Origin: Centroscyllium fabricii
Taxonomy: Eukaryota
DNA: 64,000 nt
Direction of reading: 5' to 3'
Assembly (NCBI GenBank): GCA_051313645.2
Contig: JBNRSN020000002.1
Coordinates: forward strand, 219,666,001-219,730,000
In this document: positions 10,428 through 22,545 of the stretch, in pieces
Numbering within the stretch: the stretch's first letter is position 1
How the letters are laid out: each line of letters opens with the position of its first letter
Program-made: the position numbers and the translations under genes
Notes under the pieces: model-generated
Seen by the model: only the letters and a program-made list of their open reading frames with translations
Databases searched by the model: none
What the model was told of the DNA's origin: nothing

Positions 10428-13400
10428 TGTGGCGGATCGCCGGCTGGCGAATCTGCTTCGGGAATACTGCGGGGCATAGCCCCGCCCACCGGGTGACGCG
10501 ATGATGTCACCACGTCTCAGCGTGATGACGTCAGAGGCGCGCGGGGGGTTTAAAAGAGCCTGCTCCTCATGGCTGTCTCTTTCTGTTTTAGCTCTGTGAA
10601 ATAAAGAAATGCTGACTGTCTCTCTTCGGCTCCTGCTTGATCCTTGGGTCCTGTAAGCACCACAGTGGTGACCCCGTCTTGGAACGTCTTCCGAGAAGAA
10701 AATAGCAGCTTAACAGGGTTTAAGCCAAGCAGTCTGTACAGCCTCAGGACAGTTTGAAAACGCAACCTGCAACGATGTCCACAACTAACAGAAACCAGCC
10801 TTCCCGTCAGCAAGGACGTGGCCAGAACCCCGGGCACTGACTGACTTTACCGGAGTTCTGGGAGCAACGCCCAGCAGCGTGGTTCATGTGCATCGAGACC
10901 AGCTGCCGCACCCATGGCATCCAGGGGGACGACCGCTATGACCTAGTCTTCATGGCTCTACCGCAGTCGACGATCGACCGGATGTGGTCAAAGTTACAGA
11001 GCGCGCCCGCAACAGGCAGGTACGACTTTATTAAGGCCGCGCTACTCAAAAAATTCACCCCGACCCAGTTCGAGCGCGACTGCCAACTTCTCAACCTCCC
11101 CGAACTCGGGGACGCAGACCCATCTGACCTTTGGGGCCAGATGCAGGCACTGACCACCGACCCTGCCTCCCTGTTCCGCACCATTTTCCTCCTTAAGCTG
11201 CCCCCCTCCATCAGACCGGCCCTGGCGGCTCTCAGGAACCTGAGCGGTGATGAGCTAGCCGAGGAAGCCGACAGGCTCATGGCAGCCGAGCGCACCCGCT
11301 CCGCCACGTGCGACTTGACCACTGCGGCAGTCGAGCCCGCCCACACGCCCCCCATGTCCACCCCGATGCCTGAACCAAGGCCCCCGCGCCCTCCCAAACA
11401 ACTGCGTGCTGAGCGCACCGGTTGGTGTTACTACCACGCGCGGTTCGGCGCCAAAGCGCACCGCTGCGTCCTGCCCTGCACGTTCAAGCCACAGCCTAGC
11501 CCAGCTCCCACCATGTCCGTAGGCCACACCGGAGCCCTGCTCTACGTTACAGACAGAGGCACGGGTCTCCGGTTCCTCTGCGACACGGGGGCGCACAACA
11601 CAGCATCGTGCCAGCCTCCCCCGCAGAAGCCAAACAAGGTACCCGGGGCCCGCCCCTCGCGGCGGCTAACGGCTCCGACATAAAAACATACGGGACCCGC
11701 AAGCTAACCATCCAGCTTGCCGGCCATACGTATGAATGGGAGTTCGTCACAGCCAAGGTCACTTCACCCCTCCTTGGGGCAGATTTCCTGTGCGCACACA
11801 GCCTCCTGGTCGACATGACCCGGCGCCGTCTGGTTGACATCAAAAACATGTCGCCCATCCCATGCTCCGTGGGGCCAGCACTACTAACCCACGCGGCGGC
11901 ACGATGCCGTGCCCGGAACTCCGACGTGTACAGTGCGCTCCTTTCCGAGTTCCCGACACTGACCAACCCCACCTTCACCGCCCGAACGGCCAAACACGGG
12001 GTGTAACATTTTATTCCCACCACCGGCCCTCCCGTACACGCCCGCAGGCTGGACCCGGCCAAGCTGGAGATTGCGCGCGCTGAGTTTGACACAATGGAGC
12101 AACTTGGCATAATCCACCGCTCCAGCAGCCCCTGGGCCTCTCCCCTCCACATTGCCCCCAAGCCGGGCGGAGGTTGGCGCCCCTGCGGCGACTACTGCCG
12201 CCTCAATAACGCCACCACCCCAGACAGGTACCCTGTACCCCACATTCAGGATTTCTCCGCCAGGCTAGCGGGCTGCACGGTCTTTTCCAAGATCGACCTG
12301 GTACGTGGCTACCACCAGGTCCCGGTGCACCCGGCGGATGTCCCTAAGACAGCCGTGATAACCCCCTTTGGCCTGTTCGAGTTCCTGAGAATGCCCTTTG
12401 GGCTCAAAAATGCGGTCCAGGCCTTCCAGCGCCTAATGGACTCAGTCCTACGGGACTTGCAGTTCATCTTCGTCTATCTAGACGACATCCTCGTGGCCAG
12501 CACCTCCCCCCAGGAGCACCTCCTGCATCTCAGGACCCTGTTCCAGCACCTGGCAGAACACGGCCTTATATTAAGCCCCTCAAAGTGTAAATTCGGCCTG
12601 GACATTATAGACTTCCTGGGCCACCGCATTTCCAAAACCGGGGCCATACCCCTGCCCTCCAAAGTGCAGGCGGTCCAGGAGTTCCCCCGCCCGCACACCG
12701 TCAAGGGCCTGCAGGAGTTCCTCGGGATGGTTAATTTTTATAACCGCTTCATCCCGGGAGTAGCCGCCCTCATGGCTCCCCTATACCAGGTCACACGCGG
12801 GCAGTCCGGCAAAGCCGCTGTCGAGTGGACGGCCGACGCCGCCACCGCGTTCACCGAAACTAAGACCGCCCTAGCTAACGCCACCCTCCTAGGCCACCCC
12901 AGGCCCAACGCCAGAGTGGCCCTCACCACTGACGCCTCCGACCACGCCGTCGGGGCCGTTTTTGAACAGTGGGTGGACAACTCTTGGCAGCCCCTGGCCT
13001 TTTTCAGCCGGCACCTACGGCTCCCGGAGGTCAAGTACAGCACCTTCGACAGGGAGCTCCTTGCTCTCTACCTCGCTGTGCGCCATTTTCGGTTCCTCCT
13101 TGAGGGCCGTCATTTCACAACCTTCGTGGATCATAAGCCGCTGACTTTTGCGATGGCTAAGATCACCGAACCCTGGTCGGCCAGGCAGCAGCGCCAGCTT
13201 GCGGCCGTGTCGGAATTTACGACCGACATACAGCATATCTCCGGCCGCGACAACGTGGTAGCCGACTGCCTGTCACGCCCCACCATCAACGCCGCCCAAA
13301 TGGCGGTGGATTATGCCAAACTGGCAGACCAGCTGGCGGACCCAGATCTTTGAGCCCCGGCAGAAAAGCTCCCCGGCTTACGCTTGGCCAGCATCCCCCA

Positions 13401-14863
13401 CGGCCCCCGTAGTGTGCTGCGACGTCTCACTGCAGCAGCCCAGGCCCGTCGTCCCCCAGGCATGGAGGCGGCGCATCTTTGAGACCCTCCACGGCCTGTC
13501 CCACCCCGGCACCCGCGCCTCCATCAAGCTCATCTCGGCCCGTTTTGTGTGGCGCGGCCTTCGTAGGGACGTCCGCACCTGGACCAACGCCTGCATCGCC
13601 TGTCAGCGGGCTAAAGTGCATAAACACGTCAAGGCCCCTCTAGAAAACTTTACCGTACCAGCCAGGCGCTTCGACCATGTCCACATCGATCTCGTCGGAC
13701 CACTGCCGCCGTCCCGGGGCCACACCCATCTGATGACGATGGTGGATCGCAACACTCGCTGGCCAGAAGCAGTCCCCCTGGCCGCAACCAATACTACGGA
13801 CTTAGCCAGGGCATTCATTGCAACTTGGGTCGCCCGTTTCGGCGTGCCCACCGACATCACGTCAGACAGAGGTCCCCAGTTCACGTCCGCACTATGGGCT
13901 GCCATCGCCCGCGACCTCGGGGTGACCCTGCACAGAACGACCGCGTACCACCCGCAGGCGAACGGGCTGTGCGAAAGGTTTCACCGTTCAATGAAAGCCT
14001 CCCTGTGGGCCAGCCTGGAAGACGCATCCTGGACAGACCGCCTACCGTGGGTATTGCTCGGACTCCGCTCGGCGGCCAAAGAGGACTTGCACGCCTCAGC
14101 AGCGGAACTCGTCTACGGCCAGACATTGAGAGTGCCGGGCGAGTTTCTCCCCGAATCGAACGCCACCTGGTCGGCCGACCAGTTCCTCAAAGACTTCGCC
14201 AACCCGGCACGAACTTTCGCCCCCTTACCGGTGACCCGGCACGGGGAGCCGGTGGCACATGTGCCGAACTCCATCCAGCAAGCCAAGTTCATTTTCGTCC
14301 GCCACGACGCTCATCGCACACCTCTACGGCCACCCTACGACGGCCCTTATAGAGTGCTTCGGGCGGGACCTAAAACTTTCGATTTACAGCTGGGCACCCG
14401 AACTGAAACTGTGTCAATCGACCGGCTGAAACCGGCTCACATGATAGCGGGCGACATGGCGGTCTCCGCCCAACCACCTCAACGCGGACGCCCTCCCGCA
14501 CCACCACCTGCCCACACTCCACCGCAGCACCAGGAGCAACGCAAGACCCGTGCCGGCCGCACCATACGGCCACCACGACGCCTCTTGTAGACTTTTTCCC
14601 TCGGACTGATTCTGGGGGGAGCTGTGTGGCAGATCGCCGGCTGGCGAATCCGCCTCGGGAATACTGCGGGGCATAGCCCCGCCCACCGGGTGACGCGATG
14701 ACGTCACCACGTCTCAGCGTGATGGCGTCAGAGGCGCGCGGGGGGTTTAAAAGAGCCTGCTCCTCGTGGCTCAGTCTCTTTCTGTTCTAGCTCTGTGAAA
14801 TAAAGAAGTGCTGACTGTCTCTCTTCGGCTCCTGCTTGATCCTTGGGTCCTGTAAGCACCACA
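10428..14863 (+). mobile_element. Full-length CsRn1-clade Ty3/Gypsy LTR retrotransposon
   Basis: LTRs at 10428-10664 and 14625-14863, 4-bp TSD ATGT, PBS TGGTGACCCCG (tRNA-Trp), PPT GGGGGGAG. Gag has the CHCC motif CYYHARFGAKAHRCVLPC. Confidence 0.92.
10775..14590 (+). pseudogene. Disrupted gag-pol polyprotein (Gag-PR-RT-RNaseH-IN)
   Basis: ATG at 10775, then LPEFW..P.AWF, LCDTGA, YLDD, TTDAS, HHCC zinc finger, DLVGP..SDRG..CERFHR and a GPY motif. Stops at about 10838 and 12004, frameshifts at about 11600 and 13320-13380. Confidence 0.9.
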
Positions 14864-15820
14864 ATGTCCCAAAAGCTTTTTATAGTAATTCTCATTAATT
14901 ACGGAGAGGGCTGAACCCGTGTCTAGCTCCATCTCCATGTTAACCCCAGCAACTTTTAGCGTTATCCATATGGGCTGACGGTCTGCGGTGATGTCTAAAC
15001 TGTGAATCCTGAGACTTCCCAGCCCCACCTCCTCTGGTGTGAAGGATTCTGCTGCATCATCCGAGCCATCCTCGGACAGGTTGTGTACCTCCCTGTCCTG
15101 TCTAAACCTGGTCTGTTTCTGAACTATTTTAGTTTGTTTCCCAGATTTGCACACTGCCACTATATGCCCTATCTTGCCACACTGTCGACAATCTTTGTTT
15201 CTGAACCAGCACTTGGTCTGGTCGTGTGTGGTCTTGCCGCAACGGTAACACCTATTAGTGTGGGTTGTAACTTCATGAGTGTCGCAATATATCCCCTTGT
15301 TTCTGATATCTGCTGCCCCCAAAGCAGCTGCCTCGTGTGCTGCTGCAATTTCGGTCGCCTGCTCTAGTGTGAGCATCTTTTTAGCTAACAGTCTCTTTTG
15401 GGTGGCTTCATCTTGGATTCCACACACGAATCTGTCCCTTAAGTAATGGGGCAGTTTGTCGCCAAAAACATAATTTTTAGACAACCTTCTGAGTTCTGTC
15501 AGGTATTCTGATTGTGACTCTCCTTTTTGTTGGTCACGTTTAAAGAACTTGAAGCGTTCTGCTATGAATGGTGGTTTGGGGTTCAAATTTTCTTTTAAAG
15601 TGTCTATAATTTCTTGTAGCGTTTTGTCAGCTGGCTTATCTGGGGACACCAGGGTTCTTAACAATCCATAAGTTTCAGACCCCATTGTGTTCAGCAGGGT
15701 GCTGGCTTTGTTTTCATCGGTTACTGCCTGTACTTTGCAATATATCTCAGAGCATTCTAGGTATGCCTCCCAGTCTTCTCTTTCTGTCTGGAAGACCCCA
15801 AAGGTGTTTACTTTTGCCAT
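14864..15820 (-). pseudogene. Mag-type Gag (two CCHC knuckles) and N-terminal half of aspartic protease
   Basis: Motifs ERFKFFKRDQ..GES..EY..ELRRL, LRDRFVCG, CYRCGKTTHDQTKC, CRQCGKIGHIVAVC and ELDTGSALS. Interrupted at 14863 by the CsRn1 element. Confidence 0.9.
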
Positions 15821-16867
15821 GATTCAAAATGGCATTCAAAATAGTGTTCAAAATGGCGTCTCTTCGCGCCCTTTTCCGTCTTTTCACGCCCTTTTTCATG
15901 CTTCTTCCCGCGAAGATGGCATTCAAGATGGCGTCTTCGCACCCTTTTTATGTGTTTTCGCGCCCTTAGCGATTCTTCGCGCCCTTTTTCCGCGTGTTTT
16001 CCGTACCATTAACGATTCTGTGCCCTCTTTTCCGCGATTGCCCATTTCTCTTATCTTTCTTACCCTCACCGGCCTCGATGTCTGAGGTCTGATGTGGTCC
16101 TGGGTAGAGCGATCTGTTTGTTAGGGCCTTGAGGTTGAGTGCTGCCACGCCCGCTGGCTGGGTTGCTCGCTAGCCTCCCCCCTTGTCTTAACCAGTGGTG
16201 GCTGCCTCCGTTGACTGTGGCTTCGATTGCCTCCCCGCCTTTCCTTTGCGGTGTCTGCGCCGTCGGCGTCGTGTCCCGGTGCAGGTCGAGATCATTCCTC
16301 GATGTCTGCCGATGCTGTGGCCTATCTCCTGCCGCGCCCGTAGCTGCTGCTCTCCGATGTTGGAGTGCTGGCTGTCTCCGGTCCCTCTTTTTCACTGGAG
16401 AATCGCTGCCGCTCCCTCTTTTGGAGTGCAGGGTGGGTCGTTGCAGTCGACGGTTGCCGATGAGAGAAAAAAATTTTTTTCAAATAAATTTTCCTTTTTC
16501 TTCTTGGCTTTGAGAAAAGCCTTTGTTTTTCTTCTAGACCACTGTGGATTCGACCGACCTCGTCGCCATTGTTAAGTCCGTGCTTTGTGTCTCATAGAAC
16601 AACGGACTCGACTCCAGGGTGTAAAACAAATAGGTGTTTATTCATCAACTACAGAGTATGGAACTTCAATGAGACTCATTACTGGACTGACATCTTGCAT
16701 CAATCTCCCGACGTCAACTGAACATATCACTACACACACGAACTTATATATTCTAGTGGTTGGCCTAAGTACTGAAGTATTACTGCACCACAGAAAGGAG
16801 TGCCCAGCATAATAGGTTAAAGGCACATACACAACAGTTTTCCCCAATTGCTTTTCCTGCGTGAAAA

Positions 16868-17255
16868 GAAAGACTTGCATTTATATAGCGCCTTTCACGA
16901 CCACCAAAACGCTTTACAGCCAATGAAGCACTTTGTGAAGTGCAGTCACTGTTGTAATGCAGGAAATACGGCAGCCAAATTGCACACAGCAAGGTCCCAC
17001 AAACAACAATGTGATAATGACCAGATAATCTGTTTTTGTTATGTTGATTGAGGGATAAATATTGGCCAGGACACTGGGGATAACTCCCCTGCACTTTGAA
17101 ATAATGCCACGAGATCTCTTACATCCACCTGAGAGTGCAGACGAGACCTCGGTTTAACGTCTTGTCTGAAAGATAGCACTCCGACAGTGCAGTACTCACT
17201 CAGTACTGCAATGGAATGTCAGCCTAGATTTTTTGTGCTCAAGTCTCTGAAGTGG
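16868..17255 (-). mobile_element. Deu-domain SINE (SacSINE1/AmnSINE-like) with L2-type tail
   Basis: Minus strand has the TGCAGTACTGAG..TGCACTGTCGGA..AGGTGGATGTAAGAGATC core and a GGCGCTATATAAATGCAAGT tail. Confidence 0.75.
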
Positions 17256-17707
17256 TAGCAGACAGAAATAGCAATTTGGAGTGATTCCCTCACCAAGTAA
17301 AATTTACAGATATGATCAAATTGCATCCCAATGGGTAGAAGTTGTGGTCTTGGCACAATTTCTTCCCCCAATTTGGCATTATGGCCCTTAAAAGTAGAGG
17401 TTTTCCTGAATACAAAGATACCTGGATAGCTACTGAGAACCCTTTGTCCTTTTAAATGAACTTTCTCAAAACCCATGGAAAGAATCCGATGTAGAAATAT
17501 ACATCCTTCTGGAGAATGGTAGCAGTCTCCTTGGAATATTACTTTCAAGATGTACTGGAGGACAAATTGATATTCAATGTCCTGAGGCCCAAAATTGGCC
17601 AAAAACCGCCTACTTTTTGGCACCACAAAATAACCTGATTTTTCATGGCTCAATAGAACTTCTTTTATAGCCCCATGAGAAGTAATGTCTGGATCTAATT
17701 AGTCACA

Positions 17708-19470
17708 GGGGGGAATTTTTGGGGGGGTCAGCGGGCGTCTTTGGTGGCGGGTCGGGTGGGGAATTTTTTTTTTGACAGCGGGTAGGGAACCCGCTGTCAA
17801 GCTGCCTCCACGCGAGTCTCCCAGATGTTGGGTCTTTCATCGCTGAACAAACCCGACACCAAGCGAGGCAATTTAGATCATTAGAGAGATTGTTAAGAGA
17901 CACTTAAATAGTATTTTAAATTTACCTTTCAATTTTACGTGTTCCCGCACAGCTTCCCCACTGCTCAGGGATCAACATCAGCTCCGCATGTCGTGAGTGG
18001 ATTCAACATTGAATTATCTCATTACCTGACAGCTGCAAAAGTTGTATAAAAGTTCCCATCTCACAGCTGTTCACCTTTCAAGCTCAGAAACTGTTACTTA
18101 CTGCATTTGGAAGACAGATTGAGCTTTATGCAGCTTGCAACTGTTTGGAGCCAACTCTCTATCCAGTGCCACCTCATTGGAACAACCTCTCTCAGCACTG
18201 ACAGATTTGCTTTTATCATCTCACCTTCACCTTCCATCTATTACATCAGAATGGGTATGGTTTACACTCTCTCAGCTTGGTCCTCAGAATCCCACCACGA
18301 TCAGCCCGAACACCAGCAGCACCAGGCACACCAGCAGCACCAACAACAACACCAACCTTTCCCCGCAGCCAACTGATGCTGCACAGGACATCAGCACCTG
18401 AGCATATTGCTGCCCGGGAGGCCAGCGATGGCCTCACCATAGCCAGATTTACTTCACTTGACGCTATACACTCTGGCTGCCACATGATGCACCAGGTTGG
18501 CACCACACCAACACCGAAAAGCATCTCTACAATGTTCAAGCCATTCCTTTCACACTCATCGCCATTGCGGGGGTACCGTTATGTCTCACCATTCACTGCA
18601 ACTCACTAAGCCACTTGCAAAGGTGCACACAAATTTGTCCAAGAACTCAAAATGTTCAAGATAAAGATTTCAATGTTCGACAGCAGATTAACCGAAACTT
18701 CACATGAACATTGGCTAAAACACCCAAGAGCCTACCCTTGTGTGTTGTTAGTTCGTATAATTGGACTAGGATGAGGGTGACTATGAGGGGTGGCTAGTGA
18801 GATGGGGAAGTGATAATGTAGATAGAGAGGGATGGGTGAAGGTATAATGAAAGTTGGTGTGAGTAAGGCTGTGCAGGAGTAGGGTAGGATGTACAGGAGT
18901 AGGTTGGGGAAGGCAGAGTGATTAGGATGTGATGAGAGGCACAGCAGGATGAGGTTGAGTGTGGTTTTGCAGTAATGTTTTGTGATCTACTGGGATCATT
19001 GAAAGGTTTGCACCACTGCAGCCTGGTCCTCCTAACAACATCCCCGCTTGTGTCCTGTGCAATGTGCAACCAGGCTGTGTTGATCTCCTGGGGAGGTCTC
19101 TTTCGCTCATTGGAAGGGAAGAGGACCTCCCTGCATGCTGTGACTCCCTCCATAAGCATATGGAGGGATTCATGGGAGAGCCTGGGTGTAGCCGTGCACC
19201 TCTGTGCAGTGCTCGTCAGTGTTTGCAGCACCTCAATGCTGTAGAACACTGACAGTAGGAACTGTCAAAATCAATTTGCGCATGGTCCCTTTTAAGGAAA
19301 CTGGCATCAGACCCGCTTCCTTCAATTGGCCGGGAAACGCGCTGGGCGGGTTTAACAAGCCCAATCATCGTAAAATCTTTTCACAGTGCAGGATGCAGCC
19401 AGCAATGGGGTCGCACCTCGCCACCGACCCCGGCCTCACCGGACCCGCCTTGGTAGGCGAAATCGCAGCC
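17708..19470. mobile_element. Internally deleted Harbinger derivative retaining transposase 5' stub (+) and Myb/SANT exon 1 (-)
   Basis: Ends GGGGGGAATTTT..AAATCGCAGCC. ORF 18794-19249 (PRLS.ESL..LMEGV..REVLFP..RKRPP..AW.HIA) matches the Myb exon of the 52285 element. CAG/CAC-rich stub at about 18300-18370. Confidence 0.75.
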
Positions 19471-19907
19471 AAAGAGTCGCTTGCCAATACCAAAAAACGT
19501 ACTCTCCTGTAGTTTGAAGGGGAAGTCACAGATTGGAGTGCATTGCTCATTTTCATGCATCTGATGAAACTGAATGTCACTCTTTGTGAAGCTGTCTGAT
19601 GCACTCCTTCCACTGCAGCATCCTTCTGGGAGGGAGGGAGGGGATGTCATAATTGGGTGTCCACCAGAGAATGCAAGGGCAGCCAAGATCCGTGGACTTT
19701 GATTTTTGCGGATGTTGCTAATCTTCTTGGTAAGAGGTGTATCCTTCCATGTCCCGAAAGGGCGACTGTTTCTGAGCTGACCAGTGGGAACATAAATTAT
19801 TTAAAGACCAATGTCCCAGCTGATTTTGCTCTGTGGGTTAATGGCAATATTCTACTTGCAAGTGGATATTAAATGAATGAGAGAGAATTACATTTATTAG
19901 ACCCTGA

Positions 19908-20675
19908 GGGGGTAATTTTTACTTCCCAACACACTGGGAGTAGGGGGGAGGGGGCGGGGGATGGGTCCGGTAGCGCATGGGAAAACCCAGAAGTCTGGAT
20001 TTCTCTGCAAGCTGTGGAGATTTAACTCATCATCTGTCAGTGCCAGATTCCCCAACCGGCGATTAGCCTGATTGACAGGCTTGGCTTTCGGTCGGGCAGG
20101 GAGCGCCCTGCAGGAGGCCACAGGACGAGGTAGGCCCGATCCCCGACACTGGGGAGGTGGGGAGTTCGATCCCTGACCCCTTGGAGTGGGGGGGTGGGCG
20201 GGGCTGGGGTTGGTGCAGTGTTGAGGAGGGTTCGATCCCCGACCTTGGGGGGAGGATCCGGCCGATCCCTGACACCGGGGTGGGGAGGGGTCCGATCCCA
20301 GGGGAGGGGGAAGCAGGGATTTGTATGGTACGGGACTTTAGAGGGCTAGGAGGAAGCACTCCTGTTCCTCTTGGCCCACAAGGATCACTCCGTGAGGGTG
20401 TCCTCACCTTGCTGCAACCGCCAGGTTTCCTGAGGCCTGGGAAACCCGGCCGGCCACAGTAAAACCTGTAAAGCAGTTTAAACCAGAGGCTTCCAGCCTC
20501 ATTAACGTATTTAAAATACTAACCCGCCTCCTGGGAGCGGGTTGTCTGCCCGCCCCCTGTCCCGCCTCAGTAAAACCCAGAAGTCAGCGAGTTGGAGCCA
20601 GTTTCCTGACACTCTTCGATTTTTTGCCCATTTAACCCCTCACTCCCACCCGTTCACCCATGTTAAAATTCCCCC
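19908..20675. mobile_element. GC-rich MITE of Harbinger-like type
   Basis: Inverted termini GGGGGTAATTTT..AAAATTCCCCC, with inverted subterminal CCCGCC/GGCGGG motifs. Confidence 0.65.
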
Positions 20676-22545
20676 GAATCTCCTTGGACTTTCAGTCCTT
20701 GTGCCAGCATAATAGAAAATTCTGAAAACAGAGCAAACAGAAAATTCTGAAAACAGAGCAAGTATATCAGTATTTGAAATTAAAAAATACCAGTTAACAT
20801 TTTTGAAAGATTTCTTTTTATATGAAAAGTGAACCCATCTTTTCTGTTTCAGATTCTGGTGGATTTTAAGCATTTTAGAATTGTGTTCCATAACACCTAT
20901 GTGTTCCCTAATAATTATTTGCAGATAATGATGCAAATTCTCTCAACCTATTTAATCACTTGTGATGATAGATATATTACACTTTAAATATGAAACCAAC
21001 TGAATGTAAAAAGATCTCATCACTTTCCAAGGTCCTACAGATGAACGTTAAGCACCATATAAGCTGTATTAAGTGAGGAAGATAGTATCCAGTTTGTACA
21101 ACTCGTAAGGATTTGGATTATAAACGCATATTATCAGATCTTCCTTTTCACGTCTCTCTCGTAATACTTGGTCACTTTTTTTCGCCCTGAAATCTAAATT
21201 GAACAAAGTTGATATTTTTTAGAATATTGTAAATAACTAAACCAATAACTTTTAATTGATATGTCTTTAAAATAATGAAATACAGTCCTGAAGCTAGTGG
21301 TAGGGTTATTCTTTGTAATTATAGAGAGGATAAACTGAAACTTAGCTTTATTTTAAAGGATACATGAGTTTTACTTTCCCAACATTAATTAATCTTTAAT
21401 GGATGGCTGAAATTGGCAGTGGCCAGTGGACCATTACCAAAGCTTCCAGCAGTTAATGAACCAGATCAATGCATATAGTATAAAGGCCTGATCCGTCACA
21501 GAACGCATTATAGTGGGGAATGTCAAAGTGATGGATTTCTAAAAATAAATGAAAATTAAAGGAAATCTTCAAACAGAATTCTAAATCTGCCTTCATGGAT
21601 CCAAAGAACAGTGTGAAGTGTGATGGATGATTTTTGTCACTTCTCATCGTGGGTGTAATAAATCAAATATACACAGTGGTCATGCCCTACAGAGTTTTAG
21701 TATATGCTTCTGTTAATTACTTTAGAAATATGTGTTGAAAACGATGAAAATATAACCCTAAGTCATTAGGAAAAAAATCACCTTAGATTTACAACAGGAT
21801 CTGAAGAACATGGATCTATTAACTTTGTCTCCCAATTATTCTTGCAGATAAATGATCAAAAAAAAGCACTAGAAATGTTCAGTTTTGGCTTCTCCCCACA
21901 CAAAGGCCACTCTCTATATGTATCAAAGTAAAAATAGTTTGTTGATAGATGAAAAAAGTATTTCTGGCTTCATACTGAAACACTGATTTTTTTTTTACTG
22001 TAAGAAGTAACTGCGAGAAATAACGAAGTACAAGGATTTGGAAGCCTTTCCAGGTCTCTGCTTAAAGTGGTACTGGGAAATACAAGGTTACTTCAGAATA
22101 GTGTACAATACAACAGGGGAGAGCTGAGAATAAAGAGTGTAAAACAGATAGCATGGAAGGGAAAGAATATAAATGGGGCACTGGAGGTGGGAAGTTTAAC
22201 AGAAGTTATGAAAGGAGGCAAATTAACAGAGGTAAATGATCAGCAGATGGGAGACCAGAGAGGGAGAACATGGTCAACTGAACAAGGAACCTTTATACCA
22301 ATGCTGGTCTATTACACATAAAATAGAGGAACTAGCAACTCAGCTCAAGGGGTATGATGTGGTTGCAACTACAGATGCCTGGTTGCAGCTTGAGGAAGAA
22401 TTGCAGTTAAATTTACCATAATGTAGTATTTTCAATAAGGTTAGGGAACATTGGCAAGGAAAGGGATGGACAGTATCAATAAAGGACATATGTAACTTAC
22501 ATGCACAGCAACAGGAAGTTTCCATAAGCAGACTGAGTTGACTAT

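Larger units (their letters stand above)
6267..16836 (-). mobile_element. Mag-type Ty3/Gypsy LTR retrotransposon, non-autonomous (gag-protease-coiled coil, no RT/RH/IN), with nested insertions
   Basis: TG..CA LTRs at 16570-16836 (267 bp) and 6267-8194 (split by a CR1), about 8 differences between them. PBS TGGCGACGAGG at 16558-16568 (tRNA-Ser type), PPT AAGAAGGGAGGAA at 8195-8207, near-perfect 5-bp TSD GCTTT/GTTTT. Confidence 0.88.

Noticed and set aside
10936-14710. Many overlapping antisense and alternative-frame ORFs in GC-rich Gypsy, Harbinger and MITE regions
   Set aside because: These are shadow ORFs expected from high GC content, with no recognisable domains.
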